From: Minisyncoccia bacterium
GTDB taxonomy: Bacteria; Patescibacteriota; Minisyncoccia; Phycocordibacterales; UBA918
Reading direction: 5' to 3'
DNA: 64,000 nt
Assembly: GCA_046598345.1 (NCBI GenBank)
Contig: JBKJIT010000004.1
Coordinates: forward strand, 2,499-66,498
The notes beneath the pieces are model-generated. The model did no database searches and had not been told where the DNA came from. It was given only the letters and a program-made list of their open reading frames with translations. Numbering within the stretch: the first letter of the stretch is position 1; each line of letters starts with the position of its first letter. Position numbers and translations under genes: made by a program. Positions 40,164-50,283 of the stretch are shown here, piece after piece.

Positions 40164-40694
40164 TTAAATTTTTTCAGGATGTAAGCCAACTTGAGTAGGT
40201 TTTAGATGCTTTTTAAGTCTCCGATATTCACGATCGATAATGTAGGCGATACCAAGGTCTACAATAATAATAAGTACGAGGATGAGTGAATGTGTGTGAA
40301 AAACTCGGTACATCTCATAGATCACAAAGATCACAATGAGCAAGATGGTAAGTGGATATGCCCATAAGATCCGCTTGAGAAGTGCGATAGAAAGAAAGAC
40401 TTCAACAGAGCCCCAGAACAGAAGGTAAATTGCTAGGAAATACGTAACAGTAAATGAATGGTCATTTACAAGATTGTAGATGAATTGAAAGAGCGCGTCA
40501 CTCGGGTCCTCCGTAATCTCATGGGACATGAGTCCAATAAGTAAATCTGTAAATGGAGTCCCAATAAATTTAAGGAGAGTAAGACCAAGGAGAATTCGGA
40601 GGGATCCGTACCCAATTCGAAGCCACGTTGCTACGCGAAAGAATAGTGAGAGTACCTGCTCATCTTTGAGCGTAATTTCAGTATTAAGATCCAT
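40164..40694 (-). CDS. DUF2127-family membrane protein
   Basis: HEITEDPSD...YLLFWG...WAYP...YEMYR pattern. Confidence 0.75.
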   Translation of the reverse strand: MDLNTEITLKDEQVLSLFFRVATWLRIGYGSLRILLGLTLLKFIGTPFTDLLIGLMSHEITEDPSDALFQFIYNLVNDHSFTVTYFLAIYLLFWGSVEVFLSIALLKRILWAYPLTILLIVIFVIYEMYRVFHTHSLILVLIIIVDLGIAYIIDREYRRLKKHLKPTQVGLHPEKI

Positions 40695-40727
40695 GAGTAT
40701 TGAGTATAACAGTGCAAGGTGGTTGAA

Positions 40728-40770
40728 CAAACAAAAACCCCCTTCATATTGAAGGGGGTTTTTGTTTGTT
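40728..40770. terminator. Terminator after the DEAD-box gene
   Basis: AACAAACAAAAACCCCCTTCA-TAT-TGAAGGGGGTTTTTGTTTGTT. Confidence 0.8.
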
Positions 40771-40778
40771 CAAAGTAA

Positions 40779-42089
40779 TTATCGAACGAATGTGAGAGCC
40801 TTACCAACTTCCTTTCCACGACCAGTGCGGCCGATACGGTGAATGTAATCCTCGTATGTTGCAGGGAGGTCGTAGTTGATAACATGCGAGATGTTATCAA
40901 CGTGGATACCACGTGCAGCGACGTCAGTCGCGACAAGTACCTTCGCGTGACTATCCTTGAATGCCTTAAGTGATCTTTGGCGCTGTGAGTGTGACTTATT
41001 TCCGTGAATAGAATCAGCTTTGATGCCGTGCTTTGAAAGCTGTTGTGCAAGCTTTTCAACACTGTGCTTCATTGCGCCAAATATGAGTACACGCTTAAAG
41101 CTTGGATCTTGCAGCAAATTCGTAAGTGTCTCGAATTTGTCATGGTCGCCATAGCGCACCACGTCTTGTTCGACAGAGTTCGTAATATCCTGCTTTTTAA
41201 CAGAAATAGTTACAGGGTTTCGAAGGAAATCGTTCACGAGGCCCTCGATATCCTTACCCATTGTTGCAGAGAAGAAAAGAGTCTCACGATCCTTTGGTGT
41301 ACCTGAAAGAATCTTCTTCATATCGTGAATGAATCCCATGTCAAGCATGCGATCAGCCTCATCGAGTACCACGGTGGTAACGAGGTGCGGTTTAATATCC
41401 TTTCGCTCAATGAGATCAAGAACACGACCTGGAGTTCCAATAATGAAGTGGTTCTTTCGCTTTAAGCCACTAATCTGAGGACGAATACTTGTACCACCAA
41501 CACACACGGTTGAGTACATCTTCATTCCTTTAGCGATCTTGTGGAGCTCAGCTTCAATTTGAAGCGCAAGTTCACGTGTTGGCGTAAGGATAAGGGTAAG
41601 TCGATTATATTCCCGCAAAGTCTTATCAATAAGAGGGATGAGAAAGGCTGCAGTTTTACCAGTTCCGGTGTTCGCAAGTCCAATTACATCTTTATTTTGA
41701 AGAATGTGTGGAATAATTTGATCTTGAATAGGTGTGGGGATAGTAAGTCCTGAAGAGGTTACCGCGAATGCGAGTTTTTTATCAAGTCCAAATTCAGTAA
41801 AGGTATGTGTCGGTATGAAGATTTCTGTCTCCACCGGCTTCGCTGGATTCTTATTAATAAATTGCGAGACATCGAATGTCTTTTGGACACGTCCTCCACC
41901 ACGTGTATTTTGTGGGCGATGCGTAAAAGGTCTACGTCCGCCACCTGTAGAGGGGCGTCGTCCTTCGCTCCGACCTCCGGCATCTCCGGAATATGGTCGA
42001 CTTTGGCTACTAGTATGGGGTGATCTTCGAGGTCCGCTACGGCGAACAGAAGATGAGTGCCGGGCCGGCCGGTTCATTGAATTTTGCAT
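40779..42089 (-). CDS. DEAD-box RNA helicase with Arg/Gly-rich N-terminus
   Basis: ANTGTGKT, PTRELA, TPGR, DEAD, SAT, ARGIH, HRIGRTGR. Confidence 0.96.
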   Translation of the reverse strand: MQNSMNRPARHSSSVRRSGPRRSPHTSSQSRPYSGDAGGRSEGRRPSTGGGRRPFTHRPQNTRGGGRVQKTFDVSQFINKNPAKPVETEIFIPTHTFTEFGLDKKLAFAVTSSGLTIPTPIQDQIIPHILQNKDVIGLANTGTGKTAAFLIPLIDKTLREYNRLTLILTPTRELALQIEAELHKIAKGMKMYSTVCVGGTSIRPQISGLKRKNHFIIGTPGRVLDLIERKDIKPHLVTTVVLDEADRMLDMGFIHDMKKILSGTPKDRETLFFSATMGKDIEGLVNDFLRNPVTISVKKQDITNSVEQDVVRYGDHDKFETLTNLLQDPSFKRVLIFGAMKHSVEKLAQQLSKHGIKADSIHGNKSHSQRQRSLKAFKDSHAKVLVATDVAARGIHVDNISHVINYDLPATYEDYIHRIGRTGRGKEVGKALTFVR

Positions 42090-42256
42090 TAGTTTTGTGT
42101 TTAGGGCTGTGCAGGTAATTAAATCGAAACTGAAGTTCGTACCTCAAGAGCCCTACACGAGTATCTTAAGTTGTGTATATAGTAATATACTTTGGTCTGA
42201 AAGTCAAATTTTGTCCCGTGGGTGGAAATGAGCTGTATTTGCTACTATGAGGGTGT

Positions 42257-42916
42257 ATGTTCTCTTCAAGAGAAAATGAACCTTTGAGTGCCATCACACA
42301 TTTTGTGGGTATGCTACTTTCTATTGCGGGCCTCGTACTTCTCATTGTCGTTGCCGCAAAACAGGGTACAGGAATACATGTTGTGGCGTTTTCGATTTTT
42401 GGTGCCACCATGCTTATTCTGTATCTAGCAAGTACGGTCTATCACTTTGTCTGTTCGACAAAAGTGCGCACCAAACGGATCTTTAAGATTATTGATCACG
42501 CTGCAATTTATTTGCTTATTGCAGGTACGTACACCCCCGTGGCACTTATCGTGTTGCCCCCAGGATGGGGTTGGGCAATATTCGGGCTTATATGGCTCTT
42601 TGCCACACTCGGTATGCTGATCAAAATCACACAGATGCAAATCCCTGCATGGGTATCCGTAGTGCTCTATCTGCTTATGGGGTGGCTCATTGTTATTGCG
42701 TTCGTGCCCCTCTCCCACAGCCTTCCTGGTGCTGCGATGTTCTGGTTAGTGCTCGGGGGATTATTGTATACGCTCGGTGCCATCTTTTTTGCACTCGATA
42801 AGGCTATCCCACGTTCGAAATGGTTCGGCATGCACGAAATTTTTCACATCTTTGTGATGCTTGGCAGTTTTGCGCACTATTGGATGATGTTTCGCTATGT
42901 CGTGTATATACAGTAA
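42257..42916 (+). CDS. Hemolysin III / PAQR family membrane protein
   Basis: AITH, STVYH, DHAAIYLLIAGTYTP, HEIFHIFV. Confidence 0.93.
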   Translation: MFSSRENEPLSAITHFVGMLLSIAGLVLLIVVAAKQGTGIHVVAFSIFGATMLILYLASTVYHFVCSTKVRTKRIFKIIDHAAIYLLIAGTYTPVALIVLPPGWGWAIFGLIWLFATLGMLIKITQMQIPAWVSVVLYLLMGWLIVIAFVPLSHSLPGAAMFWLVLGGLLYTLGAIFFALDKAIPRSKWFGMHEIFHIFVMLGSFAHYWMMFRYVVYIQ

Positions 42917-42958
42917 TGCGGCTTTTAAAAGCGTGCCTAGTATCCTATAGTTAGTACT

Positions 42959-43390
42959 ATGTTAACCCAATTCATGGCGCAGCCCGAGTTTATTTTCATT
43001 ATTAATCTCCTCCTCTGCGCGGTCGCGGGGTTTGTTGTGGGGTATGAGCGAGAGCTACGTGGGAAAGATGCAGGAATTAGCACGCACACACTCGTAATGA
43101 TGGGTGCAATGCTTTTCACATACCTTTCAATGCTAGTGGATCCAGCGTCTACATCTCGCATTGCAGCTCAGGTAGTTACCGGTATTGGATTTCTTGGTGC
43201 TGGACTCATTATTAAAGATGGAGGAAATGTAAAGAATCTCACCACCGCCGCAAGTCTCTGGTTTGGTGCGGCAATTGGTATGGCGTTTGGGTATGGCTTC
43301 TATATGGTTGGAGTGCTTTCAACGATCGCGTGCGTAATAATTCCACGCATTCCACACATCAATACTAAAAAGGATGAAGCCAAGCATTGA
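42959..43390 (+). CDS. MgtC/SapB family protein
   Basis: GYERE...AGISTH, RIAAQVVTGIGFLGAG, LTTAASLW. Confidence 0.93.
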   Translation: MLTQFMAQPEFIFIINLLLCAVAGFVVGYERELRGKDAGISTHTLVMMGAMLFTYLSMLVDPASTSRIAAQVVTGIGFLGAGLIIKDGGNVKNLTTAASLWFGAAIGMAFGYGFYMVGVLSTIACVIIPRIPHINTKKDEAKH

Positions 43391-43464
43391 TACGCATGTG
43401 TAGTAGAGACAACAAAAAATCCTCTTGCGAGGATTTTTTGTTGTCTCTAATTTGCTAGTAAACG

Positions 43465-45540
43465 TTAGTTAAGTGGGCAGTTATGTTCTGCCGTGTACGC
43501 AGCCTTAGCTGCTTCGAAGTCCCCATTCGGATTGGTGTCTTGGAAGAGATCGATAACTTCACCCGTTGTCATGCCACTATCGAGGGCTGAAGCATTGAGA
43601 AGTGCTCCAACTGCTGCTCGTGCAAGGGAAGTGATACCACCACCATTGCCTTCAAGAACTTGAAGTAGTGTTGGATTGGTTACAGGCATTGGCTTGCCTT
43701 TTGCGCTCCAGAGAATCGTGATACTTTCTCCAAAGACTGTTGAGAAGAGATCAGTTGGTGCGTAAGTAACCCAGCTATCAAAGTGCTGTGATTGCTTCCA
43801 GTATCCTGGAGAACAATACTGTACTTCAACGATCTCAGTGTTAGTGATTGTACATGTTTCCGTTTCACCAGGGCTTACTACGACGCCAGTACAGGTGTTT
43901 GAAGTCTGTGTCCAGCCAGTTGGAATTGTTTCAGAAACGGAGTAGGTACCCGGGGTTACTTCGTACGTCTTACTGTTTGCGTCAGTGACTGTACCAGCTC
44001 CGCCTCCTGTAATGGTGCCGTTACCGGTTGCCATGATAGAGAAGGTAGTTGATGCTCCTGCTGGAAGAGTTACTTTATCAACAATGAGCGTACCGCGTTT
44101 TGTGTTCGTAATAACGCAGGTCTCAGTTTCACCCGCAGACACTACTACATTTGTACAGGTGTTTGAAGTCTGATTCCATCCGTCAGGAATTGTCTCAGTT
44201 ACTGAGTATGTTCCTGCGGTAACAGAATAGCTTTTATCAGTGTCGTCTGAAATCATTCCAGCGCCACCTCCCGTGATGCTACCTGTTCCTGTCGCCATAA
44301 TACTGAAGTCGGTGTCATCGCCTGCAGGAAGGGTAGTCTTCTGTACTATGAGTGTTCCACCCTGAAGGGTATTCGTGAATGTACATGTCACAGTCTCCCC
44401 AGCGCCTACATCAAGGCTTCCAGGAGTTTCTCCCTGATCACATACTGCGCTTGTCTGTGTCCATCCACTTACAGGAGTTTCTGAGAGGGTATATGCACCT
44501 GGTGCAACAACCTGATTATTTGGAGTTGCTGTGTCTGTGAGTGAAAAACCATTAAATCCTGTGCCTGTTGTGGTGAATGCAAAGGATTGTGTGCTTCCCG
44601 CTGGGTCAGTTACTTTATCCACAATGATTCGGCCATCTTGTGTATTAGTGAATGTACACGTCACCGTCTCACCGTTTTGGAGTGAAATGTTTCCAGGTGT
44701 TTCTGTGTCTTGGTTTGAAGACACACAGGTCGCACTCGATTGCGTCCATCCACTAGGAAGTGTTTCTCCCACTGAATATGTGCCCGCATTGAGTGTTTGA
44801 TCATTTGGTGCCTGAGTGTCGGTCAGTGTGAAGTTAGTGTAACCCGTTCCTGTAGCGTTGAAGCTAAATGTCGTTGTAGCTCCGGAAGGATTTGTTACTT
44901 TATTAACAATAATGTGTCCAGGCTCGGTTACAGTGACTCGAGATGATCCAGAGCCAGAACCTTCAACACCGCTCGTCTGTGCAGTGAAGCGAACGCGGGC
45001 AAGTTGCGATGTTTGCATTCCTGCTGCTACGCTTGCATCGACATCAACACCGTCAATGACGTTTACTGCGAAGTCGATGATGCAGGTAGCTGCTAAGCCA
45101 CCCACATTACTTGGTCCAAGCACAACGGGTGTATTCGGCGTGAACTGGACTTCACCAGTGGTCGCATTTGGAGTACCGATAGTGAAAGTCGTTCCCGCAC
45201 ACGCTGTACCCGCACGTCCTGTCGCGGGGCCAACTACCTGGAATACTCCAGGATCAACCTGACCTCCTGAGCAGATTGCAGAGATGTCATCTCCACACGA
45301 TGGGGTGTGAAATATGTCGGTGACAAGGACTGTTTCAGTACTTTGGGGTGCAGTTGAGTTGTTTGTAATCTGCAGACTTACAGGGACAGTCGTGCTACCC
45401 ACTGCAACAGTTGTTGGATATGTGGGTCCTGTACTACCAGCAACACCTGCATACGCTATGAATGCCATGAAGAGCACTCCTATTGCTGCTAGTGATATGA
45501 CTGATTTAGGAATCGATAATCTGTTTATAAATGTAGCCAT
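43465..45540 (-). CDS. Thr-rich surface protein with four SpaA/prealbumin-like Ig repeats
   Basis: Signal peptide; repeats G.I.V.K.T.P...GTYSVSE..P.GW.Q.S.TC...GETVTCTFTN; C-term CSPGYWK. Confidence 0.85.
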   Translation of the reverse strand: MATFINRLSIPKSVISLAAIGVLFMAFIAYAGVAGSTGPTYPTTVAVGSTTVPVSLQITNNSTAPQSTETVLVTDIFHTPSCGDDISAICSGGQVDPGVFQVVGPATGRAGTACAGTTFTIGTPNATTGEVQFTPNTPVVLGPSNVGGLAATCIIDFAVNVIDGVDVDASVAAGMQTSQLARVRFTAQTSGVEGSGSGSSRVTVTEPGHIIVNKVTNPSGATTTFSFNATGTGYTNFTLTDTQAPNDQTLNAGTYSVGETLPSGWTQSSATCVSSNQDTETPGNISLQNGETVTCTFTNTQDGRIIVDKVTDPAGSTQSFAFTTTGTGFNGFSLTDTATPNNQVVAPGAYTLSETPVSGWTQTSAVCDQGETPGSLDVGAGETVTCTFTNTLQGGTLIVQKTTLPAGDDTDFSIMATGTGSITGGGAGMISDDTDKSYSVTAGTYSVTETIPDGWNQTSNTCTNVVVSAGETETCVITNTKRGTLIVDKVTLPAGASTTFSIMATGNGTITGGGAGTVTDANSKTYEVTPGTYSVSETIPTGWTQTSNTCTGVVVSPGETETCTITNTEIVEVQYCSPGYWKQSQHFDSWVTYAPTDLFSTVFGESITILWSAKGKPMPVTNPTLLQVLEGNGGGITSLARAAVGALLNASALDSGMTTGEVIDLFQDTNPNGDFEAAKAAYTAEHNCPLN

Positions 45541-45667
45541 AATTGTTATTAATTAATAGTAAGGCGAATAAATGTGAACACTCAAAAATTCCCGGGTGCT
45601 TAAGCTACTCAGGAATTGTAAGTTGTCCTTAGATCTTATTGCCGTGCTTTGAGATGAGATATTACAT

Positions 45668-45895
45668 TAAAAAAGCCGTCGAACTTTGGGGTTCGACGGC
45701 TTGTGACATGGCAAGATTAGGAACGTGGAAGTATCCGAGGTTCTCAGCTGTGCGACGGGGGGTGTGTCGCACGGGACCTCACTTGCGGACCGAAATGTGT
45801 TTGATCGCCCAAACGATCATGGTGCCATAGGCTTCCTCCTGTGGGTTGAACATCAATACTGAGAAAATACTACACCCAGATGGTGAATTTGTTAA
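45668..45895 (-). ncRNA. Candidate small RNA / mini-ORF transcription unit
   Basis: TTAACA-17-TAGTAT; AGGAGG-6 nt-ATG GCA CCA TGA (45828-45817) overlapping a 13-codon ORF; hairpins; terminator 45668-45702. Confidence 0.5.
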
Positions 45896-46093
45896 GGGGA
45901 TTGAAGTCACATCCCCTTCGGCTGGAGAATACTGACACGATTACCCTCGGTGTCTATTGGATTCAATGTGGTTTAAAAAAGTAAATGTAATAATCCTTCA
46001 GACTATGAAGGAAATGTTGAGGAGGTGAAAAAGAATTGAGCCCCATTGCTGGAGCCCAAACTGAACGTCGTTATTTATATGTGTGGGATTGCA

Positions 46094-46279
46094 CTAGTCG
46101 TCGGTGTCGTTCGGAACCATCTTCCAACAACAACCATCACCGACATGTGCCCTACGTATGCCATCGTGGCAGCTTGCATGCAACTCGTCTTCGAAATTGG
46201 AGACGCCGTCTGCACGCACTGACGGTTCGTCCTCAAGGTGGTGCGGGACTTCACCTGCTTTTAACCTTTCCTTTTTCAT
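46094..46279 (-). CDS. Small orphan protein (SD-led unit)
   Basis: GTGACA-17-TATCGT, GGCGAGG SD, hairpin at about 46036-46057. Confidence 0.5.
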   Translation of the reverse strand: MKKERLKAGEVPHHLEDEPSVRADGVSNFEDELHASCHDGIRRAHVGDGCCWKMVPNDTDD

Positions 46280-46445
46280 CGCATGATCCTCGCCTGTAGG
46301 AGGGTTGATCGGGTACTGCCAGAAGTACGATACACCTGTATTTTTTATTTGTCACGGGAGTTAGTACCAGTCAAAAAAAGACCCGGGCATTGCGCACGGG
46401 TCATACATCGACACTAAGCCCCTGATGGGAGCAAAGGGGTCAACA

Positions 46446-46628
46446 TCACTCGCTGGTCGTCATGTATGTCTGATGCACAGGACGTTGCTCATGAGGAGCA
46501 GGAGATTGCTGCTCTCTGCGAGTGGATTGGGGAACTGTCGGACGTGAGTCCGACTTCCGCTCCATCTGAAGTTGTGGTGGCAGTGTGTCTGTGACCCTGC
46601 CCGCAGGCGAAAGGTAAGGATTGATCAT
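46446..46628 (-). CDS. Small orphan ORF or sRNA in a stand-alone unit
   Basis: TTGACC-16-TATAGT promoter, terminator 46373-46402; weak SD. Confidence 0.4.
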   Translation of the reverse strand: MINPYLSPAGRVTDTLPPQLQMERKSDSRPTVPQSTRREQQSPAPHEQRPVHQTYMTTSE

Positions 46629-46744
46629 GGGATAGACCTTTATGTGGCGGTTGGTTTTCTGTCGGTGACTATACAGGAAGTATCATGAAGGTCAAATGAA
46701 ATTAAATCACCCCGGGAAGCTTGCGCTTCCCGGGGTTTCCTTCC

Positions 46745-47185
46745 CTAATTTTCCCGGACCGGTCTTCCTAGGAAATTTGGCCTTGGTTGTGTGTCGAAAG
46801 GACTGTCGTACTCGCCGCCATACTCTTTGGGACGCGGTGGTAAAGCTGAATGATCGTTATGACGAGAAGGAGCATTTGGGAATTTCTGAAAGAGCCCATT
46901 GCTACTCCGTCTGTTTCTTTTGGTGTACTCATTTGACGCAACACTCGGCTGCACTTTTTCGGGTACTGAAGGTTGAGCCTCGGAAATCCTGCTGGGCAAA
47001 GATTCATTGAACCTGAACTTGTCTTCTCGGTCCCCATTTTCGAGACGTCGCCACGTGCGCGTGTAATTCGGAATCTCGTTGCCAGTTTCCTTGTCGATCA
47101 GTTGAACCAATTCCGTTCCCTTGAAATGAGCGAGGTACACCTTGTTGTCTTCTCTACGGGTCACTTCAACAATTTTGACTTTCAT
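46745..47185 (-). CDS. Orphan protein with disordered C-terminus (SD-led unit)
   Basis: TTGACT promoter, GGGAG SD, hairpin 46710-46736. Confidence 0.65.
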   Translation of the reverse strand: MKVKIVEVTRREDNKVYLAHFKGTELVQLIDKETGNEIPNYTRTWRRLENGDREDKFRFNESLPSRISEAQPSVPEKVQPSVASNEYTKRNRRSSNGLFQKFPNAPSRHNDHSALPPRPKEYGGEYDSPFDTQPRPNFLGRPVREN

Positions 47186-47259
47186 GGATTTCTCCCGAGT
47201 TGTGAAGAAGCGCGGACTTACGGTTTCTAGCCTAACAATGCTACAACATCTTCACAGAG

Positions 47260-47787
47260 TCAAATCAGGTCCTCCTTCACTGTGTACTTTTTATGGATCG
47301 TAATCGGGAGACCTTCCGCCTTTGCCTTTCTGATTGTGTCTGCAGTACCGGCGCTTCCATTCACCTGAAATGCATACACCTCATCAGAAAAATCAATCTC
47401 TTCCTCTTGTCGGTATTCCTGATCTTTCTGGGTGATATGACCTGATTCTTTTCGTGCTTCAAAGAGTGCGCTCGGGTTTCGATCTTGAATAATAATGAGA
47501 AGTTGCTCAAGTTTTGTAATGACTTCGTCGTTGATGGGGTAAAATTTCAAGTGAGTTCGGTAGTCAGAAATATAATGAGAAAGTTTAGCGGGGAGGAATA
47601 CACGAATTTTGGTACACGAAGGATTAAGTCGAACAAATTCCTCCATCGCAAAAAAATCGACGCCAGTGGCGCCCCCAGTTACTAACCCATGCCCAAGATC
47701 AAAAATCTTCCGAGCCGCCTCGCGGACATCTGCCTCGACACGCTTGTCGGTGAGGCGCCACGTTCCCGTGACTATGATCCACTTCAT
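47260..47787 (-). CDS. SLOG-superfamily (Smf/DprA/LOG/YspA-like) protein, paralogue B
   Basis: VTGTWR, LVTGGATGVD, SAGTADTI; start reset to 47787 by alignment with paralogue A. Confidence 0.8.
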   Translation of the reverse strand: MKWIIVTGTWRLTDKRVEADVREAARKIFDLGHGLVTGGATGVDFFAMEEFVRLNPSCTKIRVFLPAKLSHYISDYRTHLKFYPINDEVITKLEQLLIIIQDRNPSALFEARKESGHITQKDQEYRQEEEIDFSDEVYAFQVNGSAGTADTIRKAKAEGLPITIHKKYTVKEDLI

Positions 47788-47878
47788 AACTCCACTTTGC
47801 AATAAATACATACTTTCCGCAAGCCCAAATGAAAGACCCGCAACGCGTGCGGGCCTTTGTGTGCGGGAAGCTTGCGGG

Positions 47879-48088
47879 CTAGTCACGTTGAGCATCTTGC
47901 GGTTCGCCCAGTCCGAGATGAGTGAGCCGTACGCCCTCCTCGTGAGCGGTGTCATGATCGACACGTTCGTGGTCAGTGAAGCTTGGTCCTCTGCGAAGAG
48001 CGGTACCACTGCTGCATCGAAGCGACAAAGCTTCATCGATGTCGCTCTGGAGACGCATGTTCGGGATCGGGTAACGGTATTTTGCCAT
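47879..48088 (-). CDS. Small orphan protein (SD-led unit)
   Basis: TTGAAA-17-TATAGT, GGAG SD, terminator at about 47832-47858. Confidence 0.5.
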   Translation of the reverse strand: MAKYRYPIPNMRLQSDIDEALSLRCSSGTALRRGPSFTDHERVDHDTAHEEGVRLTHLGLGEPQDAQRD

Positions 48089-48225
48089 GATCATCAACTC
48101 CAATGAGTGGGACTACACTATGAAACGGGAACTTTCTGCGAGCACTATAAAACGCAGTTCGGTATTTTTCAATTGGGGATAGAAAGGGGACATGTCACAC
48201 CCGCGCCCAAAGGGCGCGGGTGCTG

Positions 48226-48885
48226 CTAATTCTTCGAAGCAATAATACGAAACAGTTCTAAAAAAAGATTCACAACATCGAGATACAGCGAAACTGCGAC
48301 ATCAAGTGCATTGTCAAGTGTTGCTGGAATGTGATATGCGCGATGAGTGTCGTATCCTACGTAGAGCGCAAAGAGACCGGCACTGATGTAATCAATAATC
48401 CCAACACTCTGAATGGCAGGTACAAACGGACGAGCAAAGGATATGAGAACGATGACAGAAAGTATACTGAGCAGTGCACCGCCAAGTGAGTCATACACTC
48501 GTGGGAAGAGGGCGGCGGAGAGCATCATGGTGGCCACGATACAGGCGGTGAAAATGATTGTTTGTTTAAAGGTCCCTGGATCACTGATACTGAAAAGTGT
48601 AAGTAGCGGTCCCACAAGCACCGCAAATCCACCCACCACCATAGTGAAGCCAATAAACGAAAATAGAGAATTTTCCGAAAAGAGGGAAAGGAGACACCCG
48701 AGGACGGGAAGTCCTAGGCCAACGAGGAGGAGGAGAGTGAGTCCAGGTTCCCACACAAGTGTTTTCTCCGATATATACCAGGTGAGTGCAAATCCATACG
48801 CGAGAATGAGTCCGAGAAATAGATAAAACACACTTCGTGGAAGCGTGCTGTTTCCATCCCGTAACCAGACTGATGAAGAAAGCAT
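48226..48885 (-). CDS. Bax inhibitor-1/YccA family membrane protein
   Basis: 7 TM; YVGYDT...AVSLYLDVVNLFL signature. Confidence 0.88.
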   Translation of the reverse strand: MLSSSVWLRDGNSTLPRSVFYLFLGLILAYGFALTWYISEKTLVWEPGLTLLLLVGLGLPVLGCLLSLFSENSLFSFIGFTMVVGGFAVLVGPLLTLFSISDPGTFKQTIIFTACIVATMMLSAALFPRVYDSLGGALLSILSVIVLISFARPFVPAIQSVGIIDYISAGLFALYVGYDTHRAYHIPATLDNALDVAVSLYLDVVNLFLELFRIIASKN

Positions 48886-48889
48886 AATC

Positions 48890-49414
48890 CTACTTTTGTT
48901 CGTCGATCGCGTACTCTTTATGAATAGGGACAGGAAGCCCAGCAGACTTTGCTTTCTGTATGGTGTCGCTCGTCCCGGAACTTTTGTTTACATGGAATGC
49001 ATAGACTTCATCCGAGAAGGTTACTTCTTCGTTGTGTCGTAAATCATATTCAGCTTGCGTAATGTCTCCAAAATCCTTTCGCACTTCAAACATCGCACTT
49101 GGATTCCGTTCCTTAATGATCTTCAAAAGGTATTCGAGATTATCGATATCGGTGTCTGTAATAGGGGCGTGCTTCCAATTAATTCGATAGTCTGAAATAA
49201 AGTGGTGGAGCCTTGCTGGCATAAAGATTCGAATGCGGTTGCACTCCGGGTTTAATTTCACAAACTCGTCCATTGCGAAGTAGTCGACGCCGGTAGCTCC
49301 ACCTGTGACGAGGCCGTCACCATTTTCAAAAATCCGCCGCGCGGCATTGCGAACGTCGTTTTCAACTTCTTTGTTTGTAAGACGCCACGTTCCCGTGACA
49401 ATGATCCAGTTCAT
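48890..49414 (-). CDS. SLOG-superfamily protein, paralogue A
   Basis: VTGTWR, LVTGGATGVD, SSGTSDTI. Confidence 0.82.
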   Translation of the reverse strand: MNWIIVTGTWRLTNKEVENDVRNAARRIFENGDGLVTGGATGVDYFAMDEFVKLNPECNRIRIFMPARLHHFISDYRINWKHAPITDTDIDNLEYLLKIIKERNPSAMFEVRKDFGDITQAEYDLRHNEEVTFSDEVYAFHVNKSSGTSDTIQKAKSAGLPVPIHKEYAIDEQK

Positions 49415-49537
49415 GAGGGGATATAATGCAATAAAAATGGCATAAAATCAAGACCTCAATAAAAACCCCGCGCGCTCACGCGCGGGGTTTGGTGTCGTCT
49501 CGTTGATCGTCTGTGAAGGAAGTTCTACAACCCTTCG

Positions 49538-50059
49538 CTAGTTGGGTACTAATTCAGGAAGTGTACGGGAGGGAAGATCCAGTTCTTCCCGGATCGTTTC
49601 GTAGTGCTTAACGTAATATAGGGGTTCATAGTACTGAGTGTCTCGAACAATACTTGAACCTTCGAGCCAGAGAGGTGTTTGGAACTCGTCGTTAGTTATC
49701 TTATTCTGGGTAAGATTGATTTCCACGGTATTCAACCCGTCCAAAATCCCTTGATACTGCTTGGCAATGTAGGTGCGGCCGTGACGCTCTTTGAATTCGT
49801 ATTCGGTCCACTCAATCTTCGGTCCGATGATATGGTTCCAGGACGCCGCGCTTGCGCACTCTCGCGGAAATTCGCTCGGATCTAAGCCAGTGCTCGCGTA
49901 TCCGAAAATCGTGTCGTCTTGCTGCTTAAGCAAGATCCGCTTCTCAGGTGTGAGTAGGATGAATCCCACTCTCATGTTGCGTCGCACCTTCCCCTTGTGT
50001 CTCAGGATGTAATCTGGAATTTCTGCAACACGCCATTTGATCAGTTTCATCTTTGCCAT
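49538..50059 (-). CDS. Orphan protein (SD-led unit)
   Basis: TTGACA-17-TATTTT, AGGAGG SD, terminator 49461-49490. Confidence 0.7.
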   Translation of the reverse strand: MAKMKLIKWRVAEIPDYILRHKGKVRRNMRVGFILLTPEKRILLKQQDDTIFGYASTGLDPSEFPRECASAASWNHIIGPKIEWTEYEFKERHGRTYIAKQYQGILDGLNTVEINLTQNKITNDEFQTPLWLEGSSIVRDTQYYEPLYYVKHYETIREELDLPSRTLPELVPN

Positions 50060-50283
50060 TTCTCTTTCCTCCTATGTTGAGTTGAACAAACCGTATGTAC
50101 GCATCTAGGCAAAAAATACCCTTAAGAGGGAAGAGTGTCAAGAATTATGAAGAAAGCACCTACATCCCACTCCCACTCGCTCTCGCATTAGCAATTACTT
50201 CGCTATTTTTATTTCACATTTTCATTCCGATCCCGATGCTGATTCCAATTTCCATTCTCATTCTCATATAAATCAAATATCAA

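Noticed and set aside
46277-46284. Met-Arg-stop minigene ahead of ORF 46279
   Set aside because: SD spacing (3 nt) is too short for the first ATG but fits the 46279 start (8 nt).
47788-48036. N-terminal extension of the 258-aa ORF 47260-48036
   Set aside because: It runs through a terminator and another ORF; paralogue alignment places the start at 47787.
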